Shown piece after piece: positions 8,610 through 20,715 of a stretch of 64,000 nucleotides of DNA (its first letter is position 1; the number at the start of each line of letters is the position of its first letter). The translations under genes and the position numbers were made by a program. Below the pieces are notes generated by a model that saw nothing but the letters and a program-made list of their open reading frames with translations, was not told the DNA's origin and did not search any database. Origin of the DNA: Candidatus Doudnabacteria bacterium (GTDB lineage: Bacteria; Patescibacteriota; Doudnabacteria; UBA920). Location: NCBI GenBank assembly GCA_963837465.1, contig CAWINB010000001.1:629646-693645 (forward strand), given 5' to 3'.

Positions 8610-9830
8610 ATGGCCACGATGCCGGCTAAAATCTTCGGTATTTCCAAAAAATACCTGCTGCCGTTTATAATCATTGTGGCTTTTATCCTGCGCTTGCCCA
8701 ACAAGTCGGGCACATCGCTTTACTGGTACTCGGAATTGTTCCGGGACTTATCCGCGGAAAAATTATTGGCCGGGGGGACTTGGGTTTTTTACGGGCCACC
8801 CTCGCATTTGGGCGGGTTTAATTTCGGCCCTATTTATTATTATCTGCTTTTCCCTTTCGCGCGGGCTTTCCATTTTACCTTATATTCCACGGCCATAGCC
8901 AGCTTATTTTTTTCCCTGGCCGCCATACTGATGAGTTTTTTTGTGGTGCGGAAATGGCACAGTGAACAGTTGGCTTATATTGTGGCTGCCCTGTTGTCCA
9001 TATGCGAATTCGACATCAGTTTCGCCAGGTACGCGTCCAACCCGAACTTTTTGCCGTTTTTCTCCCTGGTGTTTTTTTACGCTTTCCAGCAAATTATGGA
9101 ACGAAAAAATACCGCCCGCAATACTTTTTTGCTTTCCATAAGTTTTGCCGTCGCCACCCAATTGCATGCTGTGGCGCTCATAAGTCTGCCCGTTATTTTA
9201 GCCGTCGCTTTAATCCGCCGGGACATCTGTTTCTCATTTAAACAATGGGCTATATTTATAACCGGCAACCTGATTTTATACGCGCCGTATTTGTATTTTG
9301 AACTTACCCACCGCTTTGTTGATTTGACCGGACTGCTGCATTTGGCCGGAACTTCGGCCAGCGAAGGCTTGGGGCAAAGGCTGGTTGAATATTTTGGCTT
9401 TTGGCTTGGGCCATGGGTCATAGCTCAGCCGGACTTTGATGTTCTTTATATCATAGGACGACCCATGATCTATGCCATTGCCGCGATCCTGGTTGTGGGT
9501 TATTTTGTTTTTAAATACAATCAAAACCGGTTACAGCCGCGAAGCTTGGGCAGCGGCAAAATCAGCCGGTCCGTTAAAACCACCCTGCTCTATTGGCTGA
9601 TTTTCCCCACTGCGTTATTGCTGACGCCAATTGGGCCGGTTACTACACTTTTAATTTTTTATTTTTTCCTGCTGACTCCGTTGCTGTATTTCCTGTACGG
9701 CTGGATATTTTTTAAGCTGTTCCAGCGCGGATGGAATTTAACAGGCTGGTATCTGCTCACGGTTTTTGTTTGCCTGCAAATTTTCCAGTTTCTTTTATAC
9801 AGCCAGCAGCTAAGGCAAATAAGGTTTTAA
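8610..9830 (+). CDS. GT-C fold glycosyltransferase (ArnT/PMT, family 39-like)
   Basis: Polytopic membrane protein; RD...GPP...GPIYYYLL, ARYASNPN, ATQLH motifs. Confidence 0.7.
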   Translation: MATMPAKIFGISKKYLLPFIIIVAFILRLPNKSGTSLYWYSELFRDLSAEKLLAGGTWVFYGPPSHLGGFNFGPIYYYLLFPFARAFHFTLYSTAIASLFFSLAAILMSFFVVRKWHSEQLAYIVAALLSICEFDISFARYASNPNFLPFFSLVFFYAFQQIMERKNTARNTFLLSISFAVATQLHAVALISLPVILAVALIRRDICFSFKQWAIFITGNLILYAPYLYFELTHRFVDLTGLLHLAGTSASEGLGQRLVEYFGFWLGPWVIAQPDFDVLYIIGRPMIYAIAAILVVGYFVFKYNQNRLQPRSLGSGKISRSVKTTLLYWLIFPTALLLTPIGPVTTLLIFYFFLLTPLLYFLYGWIFFKLFQRGWNLTGWYLLTVFVCLQIFQFLLYSQQLRQIRF

Positions 9831-9835
9831 CAATT

Positions 9836-11704
9836 ATGGCTTGGCTATTATTTTTGCTGGTTAATTTGTTTTTTGGCTGGACTGTCACCAAAGCTTTGCG
9901 CGTTGAACTGCGGTTTTCGGAAAGTCTGGCTTTAACCGGCTTTTTCGCGGTATTTTGCGGCAGTTGGATGGCGCTGCTTATGGTTTGGCTTGTCGGTTAC
10001 CGTTTTGGAATAATACTGTCGGCTTTAATCCAAGTGGCTGCCATCTTCTTTTTCCATATAAAACCTCCGGGTCGGCAAATTTTGATAACCAGGCCGGCTG
10101 CTACGCCGCAAAAAAAACTCCAATTATACGGCACGGTCCTGTTTGGCGCTTTGGCCGTGTATTTAACTTTTCTCAGCTGGAAACTCAACCTGGCTCCCTA
10201 CCATGGCAGCTTAATCAGCGGCTCCTGGACAGCGCTGGATTTGCCGCTGCACCTGAGTTTTATTTCCAACTTTTCGCAACAGAACTTTTTCACTTTCAAA
10301 AACCCGATTTTCGCTCCCGGGGGTTTGACTTATCCGTTCATAATGGATTTTTATTCCGGAATATTGCTGCGCCTGGGAGCCGGGCTTCACTGGTCGCTGT
10401 TCATCCCGGTTGAAATTTTAATTTTGGCTTTTTTTAGGCTGCTTATCACCACAAGCGAGTTACTGACTAAAAACAAACCCGCCGCTTACATGCACGGGCT
10501 GTTAATCGCCGGCTCCGGAGCGGTGTTCGGCTTATTTTATTTTTTTCAGGATGTCCTGGGAAAAGGCCAAAACTTTACGGACTACGCCATAATCCGCTCC
10601 GAGGGACTGTATTTCAGCAACATCGTCAACACTCACCTGTTTCCGCAACGCTCCATCCTCTTGGGCTTTTGCGCTTTTTTGGTCATCATTTTACTGATTT
10701 ACTGCTCCGAGGCAAGCGCCGAAAAAACCGGCCGAAAATTATACTTTGCCGCGGCCTGCGTAATGTTCGGACTGCTGCCGTTTACCCATGTCCATACATT
10801 TTTATTTACCGGCGCCATGCTCGGCTGCCTGCTTATATATTTTTACGCGCAAGGCAGGCTGAGCGGGGATATTTTGGCTTGTTTTATAATGGGTCTGCTT
10901 TTGGCCACGCCGCAACTTGCATGGCAATTTGCCAATAACTGGAGCAGTCATTTTGGTTATTGGCATTTCGGCTGGTTCGCGCCCGTACCCGCTTCTGTGG
11001 TTGTGTTTTGGCTAAAAAATTGGGGACTGCTGCCGGTCTTTGTGGTATTGGGCTCTCTGCCGCTGCGGCGCTATTTTTCCGGCAGCCTGGCCTGGTCCAT
11101 ATATTGGACAAGTTTAATAATTTTTGTCGCCGCTAATTTATACTCCTTCCAGCCGCAACTTTATGATAATATGAAATTATTAGTCTATTGCTACTGGGGT
11201 TTTAGTCTTATTATGGCCGCCGCATTGTCGCGCTTTTGCTCCACCCAGGCCCGCGCGCTGCTGGTGTTTGGGCTGCTGTCGCTCAGCAGCGGAGCCGGCA
11301 TGCTGGCTTTACTGCGCGATGGCGTATCCAGTTCCGTAGTTTTTACCGCCGCGGACATACAGGAAGGCCGGCAGCTGCAAAAGGAAATACCGGCAGGCAG
11401 CCTTGTGCTGACTATCCCGGAAAAAAACAACTTAGTCTCCACCTACGCGGGCAGACAAATTCTGGTGGGCTCGCCGGAATGGCTGGCCAGCTACGGCATC
11501 AACAGCGGCCAAGTCACGGCCAATGCCGGCCAAATTTTTTCCGGTTCATCCAACAGCCGACAGCTTTTAAAAAATTATAAAATAAATTTTGTGGCCTTTT
11601 CCCGGCAGGAAGTCAGGCCTTTTGGGATTAACTTGGGTTTTTTTCAAAGCCGTTTTAACGATGTGGCTACTGACGGCTCCTGGTACGTATTTAGAGTAAA
11701 TTAG
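9836..11704 (+). CDS. Polytopic membrane protein, probable GT-C glycosyltransferase
   Basis: DLPLHLSFI, LTYPFIMDF, FPQRS motifs and many TM helices; start placed at ATG 9836 to avoid overlap with the previous gene. Confidence 0.6.
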   Translation: MAWLLFLLVNLFFGWTVTKALRVELRFSESLALTGFFAVFCGSWMALLMVWLVGYRFGIILSALIQVAAIFFFHIKPPGRQILITRPAATPQKKLQLYGTVLFGALAVYLTFLSWKLNLAPYHGSLISGSWTALDLPLHLSFISNFSQQNFFTFKNPIFAPGGLTYPFIMDFYSGILLRLGAGLHWSLFIPVEILILAFFRLLITTSELLTKNKPAAYMHGLLIAGSGAVFGLFYFFQDVLGKGQNFTDYAIIRSEGLYFSNIVNTHLFPQRSILLGFCAFLVIILLIYCSEASAEKTGRKLYFAAACVMFGLLPFTHVHTFLFTGAMLGCLLIYFYAQGRLSGDILACFIMGLLLATPQLAWQFANNWSSHFGYWHFGWFAPVPASVVVFWLKNWGLLPVFVVLGSLPLRRYFSGSLAWSIYWTSLIIFVAANLYSFQPQLYDNMKLLVYCYWGFSLIMAAALSRFCSTQARALLVFGLLSLSSGAGMLALLRDGVSSSVVFTAADIQEGRQLQKEIPAGSLVLTIPEKNNLVSTYAGRQILVGSPEWLASYGINSGQVTANAGQIFSGSSNSRQLLKNYKINFVAFSRQEVRPFGINLGFFQSRFNDVATDGSWYVFRVN

Positions 11705-11728
11705 CCTGGCTCCGGCGCCTCGGGACGC

Positions 11729-13511
11729 TTAAAAAATTGCCTGGCCGCAATTATAATTAAGCAGCAAATCCGGGTAAGGGTTGGTATAGCCGCCATTTGG
11801 CGAGGTCTGTTCGCTTACGTAATATATTTGGATGCTGAGCAATTGCTGTTGATAACGGATTGGCTGGTTCCAGGAGCGGCATAAGTAGGCAGCGTAATAG
11901 GGGCGATATACGGCATAACCTGGAGCCTGCAGGTTGGTGAAATATTTTTGCCAGTAAATATCACCGTATCCGGCGCTAACGGATTCGGGCTTGGCAAAAG
12001 TTATGGCTGTGTCCGGATGCGAGACATTAACAGTAAGCCCATTGGTTAAACTCCCGGAAATTACATACCAACCGTCGCCGGTTACAGGGTAAGGCGTCGA
12101 ACATGTCCCAGCGCTGGTCCAAGCGCAAGAAGTTGACAACGGGATAGAGGCTGGTTGGAAACCTATATAAGGCCCGGGGCAAACCGCTCACGTTATAGAG
12201 CAGGGTAACAGTAATTAAAAAAACTCCCGCCATGTTATAAAGCGCCGACAACGGCCTGGAGCTAAAAATTCCGGAACGATGCGCCGGGACCAAGGGCAGT
12301 TCACAGGCGATTTTTCTATGCCCGGCTACATAGTCGTAAAACTTGTCGCCGGTTTTTTTACAAATACGATTATCCAACACAAATCCCAGCGGCCAAAATA
12401 AACGCGACGCTTTAAGAGCCCGCACTACGCCGTCAAACTTAAAATAAACCCCGCGGCTGTCTTTAACTACCCAGGAATTATTAGCGCGCATAATTTCCGC
12501 AGCTTGCGAGTTGGCCTCGGCCGGTAAAACTTCCAAGTCGGGGACAAGAAAAAATACCGCTATGCCATCGGCCAATTTTTTACACGTCCCGCACCGGCCG
12601 TCGTAATAAACGGATAGTTTGCCGCCGGGTTGTTTAAAGCGGCCAAGAATTTGCCAAAAATATTCCGGAAGCAAGGCAAAACCAAAGACTATGACATTAA
12701 GCGGAAACATGCCCAAATGCATAAAAAATCCTATGCCGAGCTGCAAAACCATAAAACCAAAAATTCCCGCGATGCGCAAAGGAATCGTAAAAACCGGAAA
12801 AATCAATAATAACGTTCCCAGAAGCTCAAACCACCATACCGAGTGGGTTAAAAAACGCGTTAACCCGGGATGGCGTAACAACAGCCATGCCCATTTGCCG
12901 GCAAACACTCCGGAACTCAGAGCGTAGTAAACAGCGCTGCCCTGACTGTGCCAGGCCGGAGCGCTTTTAAGAAGGGCCGCGAAAAAATAAATGCTGATAA
13001 ACTGCAAAAAATAGCCGACCGTGGCCGCGGAAATCCTGCGGTACGTTTTAGCGCTTCCCCGCTTTACCGCGTCCACGGAAAAAACTTCCCCCAAAGGTAA
13101 AAACATGGCCCAAAATAACAACAGCCGGAGAGCCACATCGGCATTGCTTAAAATAATCGGATTGCGGTTTTGAACTGAAATAAGCAGCAGCCAGGAAATT
13201 ACGGCAGACAGCCTGGTTTTGTATCCTGCCAATAAAAATAAACCGAAAATAAAAGCCGCGGCAAACAGCGCGGCCTGGATTTGCCACTGCCCGCTGATCA
13301 TATTTATGGAAACGTACCAGGGATTGCCGGCAAATTTAATAGCCGCGTCCCGCGGCAGCACGCCGGAATCGCTGTACATGGCCGCGAGGCTAAAAGCCCG
13401 GTAAGCCCAGCCGGTAATTAAAACCAGAGCCAGGGACACCCGCAGCAACGCCAAAGACCGCACATCCATTCCAAAGATATCGTAAAGATTTTGTTTCAAT
13501 GTTTGACGCAT
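11729..13511 (-). pseudogene. HTTM-domain protein with DCC1-like thiol-disulfide domain, +1 frameshift near 12098
   Basis: DVRSLALLRV...YSDSGVLPR; YDGRCGTC; removing one base gives DQRWDMFAPYPVTGDGWYV and joins ORFs 12027-13511 and 11729-12139; may be a sequencing error. Confidence 0.75.
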
Positions 13512-13622
13512 CAGGGCAAGACCTCTTACATAACTTGCTTTTGGATTAATTGTAGCCCTTTTTGGGGCAAAATTCCATGTCTTTGATTATCTTTAATTTT
13601 TTCTATATAATAAGAATAAATT

Positions 13623-15269
13623 ATGCTGCAAACTTTTAAAAAAGCCGCCGGGGAAACTTTGGCGGAAATCAGGGAAGAAAAAAAGCTTCGCGGGACAAAC
13701 GAGCTTTTTTTGTTATTTTCCATGGGCAGCCAGTTTGATCATCTTATAAAACAAAACCTGGACGCTTTGGGCTTATTTTGTTTGGTGGCGGACCCCGCTT
13801 CGGTTACGGCGGATGACGTTAAGGCAGTATCGCCGATTGGGATTATTTTGTCCGGCGGCCCGGCTTCGGCTTACGAACAGCCGCCGTTTGACGGAAAAAT
13901 TTTTGACCTCGGCATTCCGGTTCTGGGTGTTTGCCTGGGGTTTCAAATGCTGGCCCGTCATATAGGAGCAACCGTATCGCCCTCAAATAAAAAGGAGTTC
14001 GGCACTCATACTTTTAATATCATACAACCCTCTCCCCTTTTTGAAGGTCTGCCTAAAAGTTTTAAAGTTATGGAAAGCCACGGTGACATAGTTGAACCCA
14101 GCGGGCACAACTTAGAAGCCTTGGGCGCCACTGACAACGCCCTTATAGCTGCCGGGCACCGCAAACACCTATACGGAATCCAGTTCCATCCGGAAGTTAC
14201 GGAAACGGAATTCGGCGGCAAAATTTACGAAAATTTTTGCTTTAAAATTTGCGGAGCCCAAGATAAGTTTCCGGCTTTGGAAACGGGCAAAAACAAAATC
14301 GACGCTTTGAAGCGGCAGGTCGCGGGCAAAAAAGTTTTACTGGCGCTCTCCGGCGGCACGGATTCTTCTGTTGTAGCTTACTTGCTCAAAGCGGCCTGTA
14401 GCGCGCCGATTTATCGGCTGTCTAATGAACATCAGCCCATAAATGGGCGCGCCGCAACTCCGATCCTCGGCATCTACGTAAAAGGCATTGACCGCCCCGA
14501 CGACGAAGCCAATGTTGTAAAATACTTTGGCAGCCAACATTGGATTAGCGTAAAAATTGTCGACGCGACGGACAAATTCCTTGAAGTATTAAAAGGAAAA
14601 ATATCAATGAGGGACAAGCGCCTGGCCATGCGCGGCGTTTATAAGGAAATTTTGGAAGCGGAAGCAAAAAACTTCGGCGCGGATTTTATCGCCCAAGGCA
14701 CGCTTTACACGGACATTTCCGAAAGCGGGGGCGGCTACGACAGCGGCGCCAGAAAAGCCCAGATCAAAATCCACCACAATGTAAATTTGGAATTTGAGTT
14801 GCCGGAAATCCAGCCGCTAATTGATTGCGTTAAGGACACGGGTCGGCAGCTTGGCCGCGCTTTGGGGGTACCCGAAGATTTACTGGTTCGGCATCCTTTT
14901 CCGGGTCCGGGTTTGATAGTTCGGATAGAAGGGGAAGTCACGGCGGAAAAATTACATACGGCAAGAAAAATTGACGAAATTTATATAGAAGAATTACGCA
15001 AATGGAATTTGTACCAAACCTTATGGCAAGCTGGAGCGGTTGTTACCAACTCAATGACCACCTGCGCCAAAGGCGACGACGCCACAGAAGGTCGCGTTAT
15101 AGCGCTGTGGGCCGTCTGGAGCGTTAACGGTTTTACCGCCCGCGCCGCCGAACTCCCCCACGACTTTTTAAAACACATTTCCCAAAGGATGACCAATGAA
15201 CTAAAAGAAGTCGGCGCGGTGGTTTACAGAATATCCGACAAACCGCCGGTGACTATCGAATGGGGGTAA
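13623..15269 (+). CDS. guaA: GMP synthase (glutamine-hydrolysing)
   Basis: SGGPAS, GVCLGFQ, QFHPEV, SGGTDS, QGTLYTD, RHPFPGPGL, KPPVTIEW. Confidence 0.95.
   Translation: MLQTFKKAAGETLAEIREEKKLRGTNELFLLFSMGSQFDHLIKQNLDALGLFCLVADPASVTADDVKAVSPIGIILSGGPASAYEQPPFDGKIFDLGIPVLGVCLGFQMLARHIGATVSPSNKKEFGTHTFNIIQPSPLFEGLPKSFKVMESHGDIVEPSGHNLEALGATDNALIAAGHRKHLYGIQFHPEVTETEFGGKIYENFCFKICGAQDKFPALETGKNKIDALKRQVAGKKVLLALSGGTDSSVVAYLLKAACSAPIYRLSNEHQPINGRAATPILGIYVKGIDRPDDEANVVKYFGSQHWISVKIVDATDKFLEVLKGKISMRDKRLAMRGVYKEILEAEAKNFGADFIAQGTLYTDISESGGGYDSGARKAQIKIHHNVNLEFELPEIQPLIDCVKDTGRQLGRALGVPEDLLVRHPFPGPGLIVRIEGEVTAEKLHTARKIDEIYIEELRKWNLYQTLWQAGAVVTNSMTTCAKGDDATEGRVIALWAVWSVNGFTARAAELPHDFLKHISQRMTNELKEVGAVVYRISDKPPVTIEWG
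14397..14456. repeat. REPIN-like inverted REP doublet inserted in frame in guaA
   Basis: TGTAGCGCGCCGATTTATCGGC...GCCCATAAATGGGCGCGCCGCA; encodes CSAPIYRLSNEHQPINGRAA. Confidence 0.6.
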
Positions 15270-15363
15270 GATAGGGTTTAGGGACAGGAATTGGAAAAAC
15301 ACTTCCGCCGATCGGCGGAAGTGTTTTTGATGCTGCACCCTAATCCCTATCCCTTGTAGTTTT

Positions 15364-16839
<1,476 letters not shown>

Positions 16840-16890
16840 TTAAAAATATTTAAATCAGTATAGTCTTTTTCTGGGGCGTTGTCTATCAGG

Positions 16891-18328
16891 AGTCTTATAC
16901 AATGGAACATGGCCCCTATCTTTGAGACAGCCTCTAAAGGAGGACGGTACCCCAATTGCTGAAACCGGAGGGTTGCCCGGAAGCTGTACAAAGAGCATAA
17001 GCCTGCCACACTGACTTGATGACAATCGATATGACAGACTTAAGCGTTACGAGCATAGCTCAAATCAAGGAATTTCTAAAGGTCAATACAGCAATTAATT
17101 TTACCTCAGTTTCCAGAAAGGAGAAATATGAATGGATTAACAACGTCTTAAACAAGTTTGGCTATGTCCGGCTTAAAGGCAAAAAAGACAAGGGGCAGAT
17201 TAAGGAATATATCCAACGGATGACCGGCATGTCGGGCAGACAGCTAAAACGACTGATTACCAACAAGAGAGGAAGTGGGTTAGTGGCCTTGTCCCCGAAT
17301 TGGGGCAAGAAAAACCGGTTTGTTACTGTTTATGGCCCGGCAGAAATACTATTGCTGGCTGAAACCGATAATCTGCACCAACGAATGAATGCCCATGCCA
17401 CCAAACAGATCCTAATGGCTGAATATGAAATATTCGGTGACGAACGGTTTAAAAGACTAAAAGATATTTCCGTTTCCCATATCTACAATCTGCGAGTTAA
17501 AAGAATTTACACCAGCCACTCCACCACCTTTACCATAACCGATCCAGTAAGCACCCCGATTGGTATTAGAAGAAGACCCGACAATATGGGCATTCCGGGC
17601 TATCTGCGGGTGGATACCGTGCATCAGGGCGACCGTAAGCTGGCTTTGGGCAAGTATGAGAAAGGTATTTACCACTTAAACCTGGTGGATGAAGTCACCC
17701 AATGGGAAATGGTCTTCTGTGTGGAAACGATTTCCGAGCTGCATTTAAAACCCATATTTGAACAGTTGCAGCAAATGTTTCCCTTTACAGTAATTAACTT
17801 CCACTCTGACAACGGTAGCGAGAACATTAATTACACGGTAGCTGATATTCTTAGAAGGTTAGTTATTAAACAGACAAAATCACGAAGCAGGCACTGCAAT
17901 GACAATGCCTTAGTGGAAAGCAAGAACGGCAGTGTCATCAGAAAGTATATGGGCTACACTCATATCCCGAAAACCTACGCGCAGGAGATTAACGAATTTT
18001 ACCAGAAGTTTTTTAACCCTTACCTGAACTTCCACAGACCCTGCGGCTTTGCCACCACCACGGTTGACCATAAGGGCAAGGAAAAGAAAAAATATGATAT
18101 TTACTTAACTCCCTATGCCAAACTGAAGACTCTGGATAATTGGACACGCTACCTTGCCCCAGGACGGACGGAAAAACAACTGGATGACATCAGCACCGGC
18201 CACAGCCATAACGGATGGGCAAAACTTATGCAGGAAGCAAAGTCAGCAGTATTTAAAAACATTAAACTTAAGGAACATCAAAAAATGGCCGCTGGCGGAT
18301 AGGGGCCATGTCTTGATTAGAAACTACT
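16891..18328 (+). mobile_element. Insertion sequence (1438 bp), copy 1, 5-bp direct repeat TCAGG
   Basis: Matches 41748-43185 (same length, same protein); ends AGT...ACT with subterminal inverted repeat ACATGGCCCCTATC; TCAGG at 16886-16890 and 18329-18333. Confidence 0.92.
17016..18302 (+). CDS. DDE (rve integrase-core) transposase, IS481/ISNCY-like
   Basis: LRVDTVHQGD, FHSDNGSE, NDNALVESKNG, NFHRPC. Confidence 0.88.
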   Translation: MMTIDMTDLSVTSIAQIKEFLKVNTAINFTSVSRKEKYEWINNVLNKFGYVRLKGKKDKGQIKEYIQRMTGMSGRQLKRLITNKRGSGLVALSPNWGKKNRFVTVYGPAEILLLAETDNLHQRMNAHATKQILMAEYEIFGDERFKRLKDISVSHIYNLRVKRIYTSHSTTFTITDPVSTPIGIRRRPDNMGIPGYLRVDTVHQGDRKLALGKYEKGIYHLNLVDEVTQWEMVFCVETISELHLKPIFEQLQQMFPFTVINFHSDNGSENINYTVADILRRLVIKQTKSRSRHCNDNALVESKNGSVIRKYMGYTHIPKTYAQEINEFYQKFFNPYLNFHRPCGFATTTVDHKGKEKKKYDIYLTPYAKLKTLDNWTRYLAPGRTEKQLDDISTGHSHNGWAKLMQEAKSAVFKNIKLKEHQKMAAGG

Positions 18329-18356
18329 TCAGGCCGCCACCTCAACTGGCAAAACC

Positions 18357-18385
18357 GTAGTGTCAAGGGTGACCCTTGACACTAC
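18357..18385. repeat. REP-like perfect palindrome downstream of RAYT1
   Basis: GTAGTGTCAAGGGT-G-ACCCTTGACACTAC; same core at 19038-19064. Confidence 0.85.
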
Positions 18386-19005
18386 TCTTCTTCAAAGACT
18401 AAATCGGCAAAAATTAAGTGCTCCGGTTTATAGTTTTTTAACAAAAAACTTTTATAATTTACAGACGTTAGCTTATTTGTATCCATAAATATTTGGGGAT
18501 TGGCCAAACCATTATTTTCTTGGCCTAAATAAACAGCCATACTGGAATATTTCCATTCAAAGGGTTGCAGGGGGTTCAAATGTATGTAAGCAATAAGCTG
18601 CGTTAAGTAACTGTCATTCAAGACATTTTTGCTTTTATAAATTCCTTGAAAAATATGCCCCGAATGGCCGTATTTTTTATTAAAATATGATGAATAAGAA
18701 GTACACAGCCTATGCAAAAATATTTTAAGCCCGTTGACTTGGTTTTGTTTAACTAAAAAATGAAAATGGTTTGGCATTAAGCAATAACTTAAAATCTCCA
18801 ATCCCATTGCAGGCAAAGGTTTCAAGCGAATACTGCCTTTGGCGCTGCGCTTTGGCAACGGCAACAAACCAAGCAGCAACTTAGCCCTGTATATAAAATT
18901 TAGGTAATCTTGTTCATCCAAAAATATAAGCGCTTTATTTGCTCCCCTATTATAAGCGTGGAAATAAGCGCCGACAAAATTTGGTTTATAATCCCTTCCA
19001 ATCAT
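18382..19005 (-). CDS. REP-associated tyrosine transposase (RAYT, Y1 HUH)
   Basis: YFHAYNRG, YCLMPNHFHFL, GHIFQGIYKS, YIHLNP, WKYSS. Confidence 0.9.
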   Translation of the reverse strand: MIGRDYKPNFVGAYFHAYNRGANKALIFLDEQDYLNFIYRAKLLLGLLPLPKRSAKGSIRLKPLPAMGLEILSYCLMPNHFHFLVKQNQVNGLKIFLHRLCTSYSSYFNKKYGHSGHIFQGIYKSKNVLNDSYLTQLIAYIHLNPLQPFEWKYSSMAVYLGQENNGLANPQIFMDTNKLTSVNYKSFLLKNYKPEHLIFADLVFEEE

Positions 19006-19037
19006 GGCTTAATTATAAAGGAATTTGACACCAAGTC

Positions 19038-19064
19038 AAGTGTCAAGGGTGACCCTTGACACTT
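19038..19064. repeat. REP-like perfect palindrome upstream of RAYT1, overlapping the purA stop codon
   Basis: AAGTGTCAAGGGT-G-ACCCTTGACACTT. Confidence 0.85.
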
Positions 19065-20506
19065 CTGACGACAATCGCGTTTCGGGCGGGGCCGGTGCCG
19101 ACCAGTAGGATGGGGGTTTTAAGACGTTTTTCCAAACGGGATAAAAAGTTTCGCGCGGCTTTGGGCAAGTTTGGCTCTTGATCAATGCCGCCGATATTTT
19201 GCGGCCACCCCGGCCACTGCTCAAAAACCGGCTTAACATCCGCCAGCTCCCACGGCGGCGGCATTTGTCCCGGCCTCAAAAGCTTGCCCTTAAGTTTATA
19301 GCCAACGACCACGGGGATTGTTTTTATTCCCGAAAGCATATCAAACCGCGTTAAAGCCAGCCACTTGGGGCCGTTTACTCGGATGGCGTAATGCAGCCAA
19401 GGAATGTCTAAAAAACCCAGGGACCGCCCGCGACCCGTAGTGGCTCCCCGCTCGTCCCCCAAGACCTGAAAGTATTGCGAAGCTTCCGCGTTTGAGGCTT
19501 GCCCTTTGTTGATTTTTAACAACCTTTGGGACAAAAAGTCCGCGCGTTTGTCTGTGTTGGCAATAAACAGCTCACCGTTATTTTTGGCAAATTCCATTAC
19601 CGCGCTTCTTTCCCACATTTCCGACGGCATGGGACCCGAGCCCACGCGCGTAGGCAAAATTTTGACTACCATTAAAGTGGCGCTGAATTTCCCCATGGGC
19701 AAGCCCGTTCCCAAAGCCGCGCCGGAAGCGGCGGAGTTACCGGCCGAGACAAAAGGATAAGTGCCCCAGTGGGAATCCAAACCCAGCGCCTGCGCGCCTT
19801 CAAACAGTATCCGTTTACCGGACCTGGCAGCCTGGTCCAAAAAATAAGCGGTGTCGGCTATTATCGGCTTAACCCGCGGGGCGGCCAAAAGCAACTGCCG
19901 CGAAACTTGTTTGGGCGGCGGAATTTTTTCCCCGGCGGCAAATGCCCGCAAAATCGGCAGCAGCATTTTATACAAAACTTCCAGGGATTCTTCCAGCAAC
20001 TTGGGTTCCCGCAAATAACCGACAACCGGCCCGAGCCGCAATTTATACAAAGCTTCCAAAGGCGCGATACCTTTATTGGTTGTGCCGATTTTTTTTGCGC
20101 CGCGCAACTCCTCTACGTAACTTTCCAAAAGGCCGTGGTAAGGCGTCCATACAGGCGACTGGTAATCTATATAAATCGGCGGCAGATTATTTTCCCCCAA
20201 AATCCGCCTTGAATGTTCAAGTTCGGCCAAAAACAATTCCAGGTTAAAAAATTCCCCCCTGCCGAGCACGCAAATTTTGCCCTGAGCCAGGCCGCAGGGA
20301 ATTAAATGACTGACCAATTTTTTCCCGTCCGGCGTAAACACCGTATGGCCGGCGTTGGCGCCGCCGGAAAAGCGCGCCGTCACATCGTAATGCGCCATTA
20401 TTAAATCTATAATTTTGCCTTTGCCCTCATCCCCCCAATTGGCCCCGACTACAATTAAATTCGGCGCGTCTTTAAAAATAGATTTTAGCTTAACGGCAGT
20501 TATCAT
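19043..20506 (-). CDS. purA: Adenylosuccinate synthetase
   Basis: GANWGDEGKGK, GGANAGHT, IGTTNKGI, FEGAQA, GTYPFVS, TRVGSGP, GATTGR, VGTGP. Confidence 0.95.
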   Translation of the reverse strand: MITAVKLKSIFKDAPNLIVVGANWGDEGKGKIIDLIMAHYDVTARFSGGANAGHTVFTPDGKKLVSHLIPCGLAQGKICVLGRGEFFNLELFLAELEHSRRILGENNLPPIYIDYQSPVWTPYHGLLESYVEELRGAKKIGTTNKGIAPLEALYKLRLGPVVGYLREPKLLEESLEVLYKMLLPILRAFAAGEKIPPPKQVSRQLLLAAPRVKPIIADTAYFLDQAARSGKRILFEGAQALGLDSHWGTYPFVSAGNSAASGAALGTGLPMGKFSATLMVVKILPTRVGSGPMPSEMWERSAVMEFAKNNGELFIANTDKRADFLSQRLLKINKGQASNAEASQYFQVLGDERGATTGRGRSLGFLDIPWLHYAIRVNGPKWLALTRFDMLSGIKTIPVVVGYKLKGKLLRPGQMPPPWELADVKPVFEQWPGWPQNIGGIDQEPNLPKAARNFLSRLEKRLKTPILLVGTGPARNAIVVRSVKGHP

Positions 20507-20715
20507 AAATATATGATAGCGTCTTTCGTCTCATATTAAAAGCCCCCGGTTTTTTCCGGAGGCTTTAACTATCGCGACACTACTACTAACCTTTAACACT
20601 TAAGTTAATAGAGATGTTAATCAAAAATGCTTGATTTTACAGAGTTTGCGACACATCTGATTATTAAGCTATGTGTTAAAGGTCAGTAATATAATTTTCC
20701 ATTCTATCCTCACCC

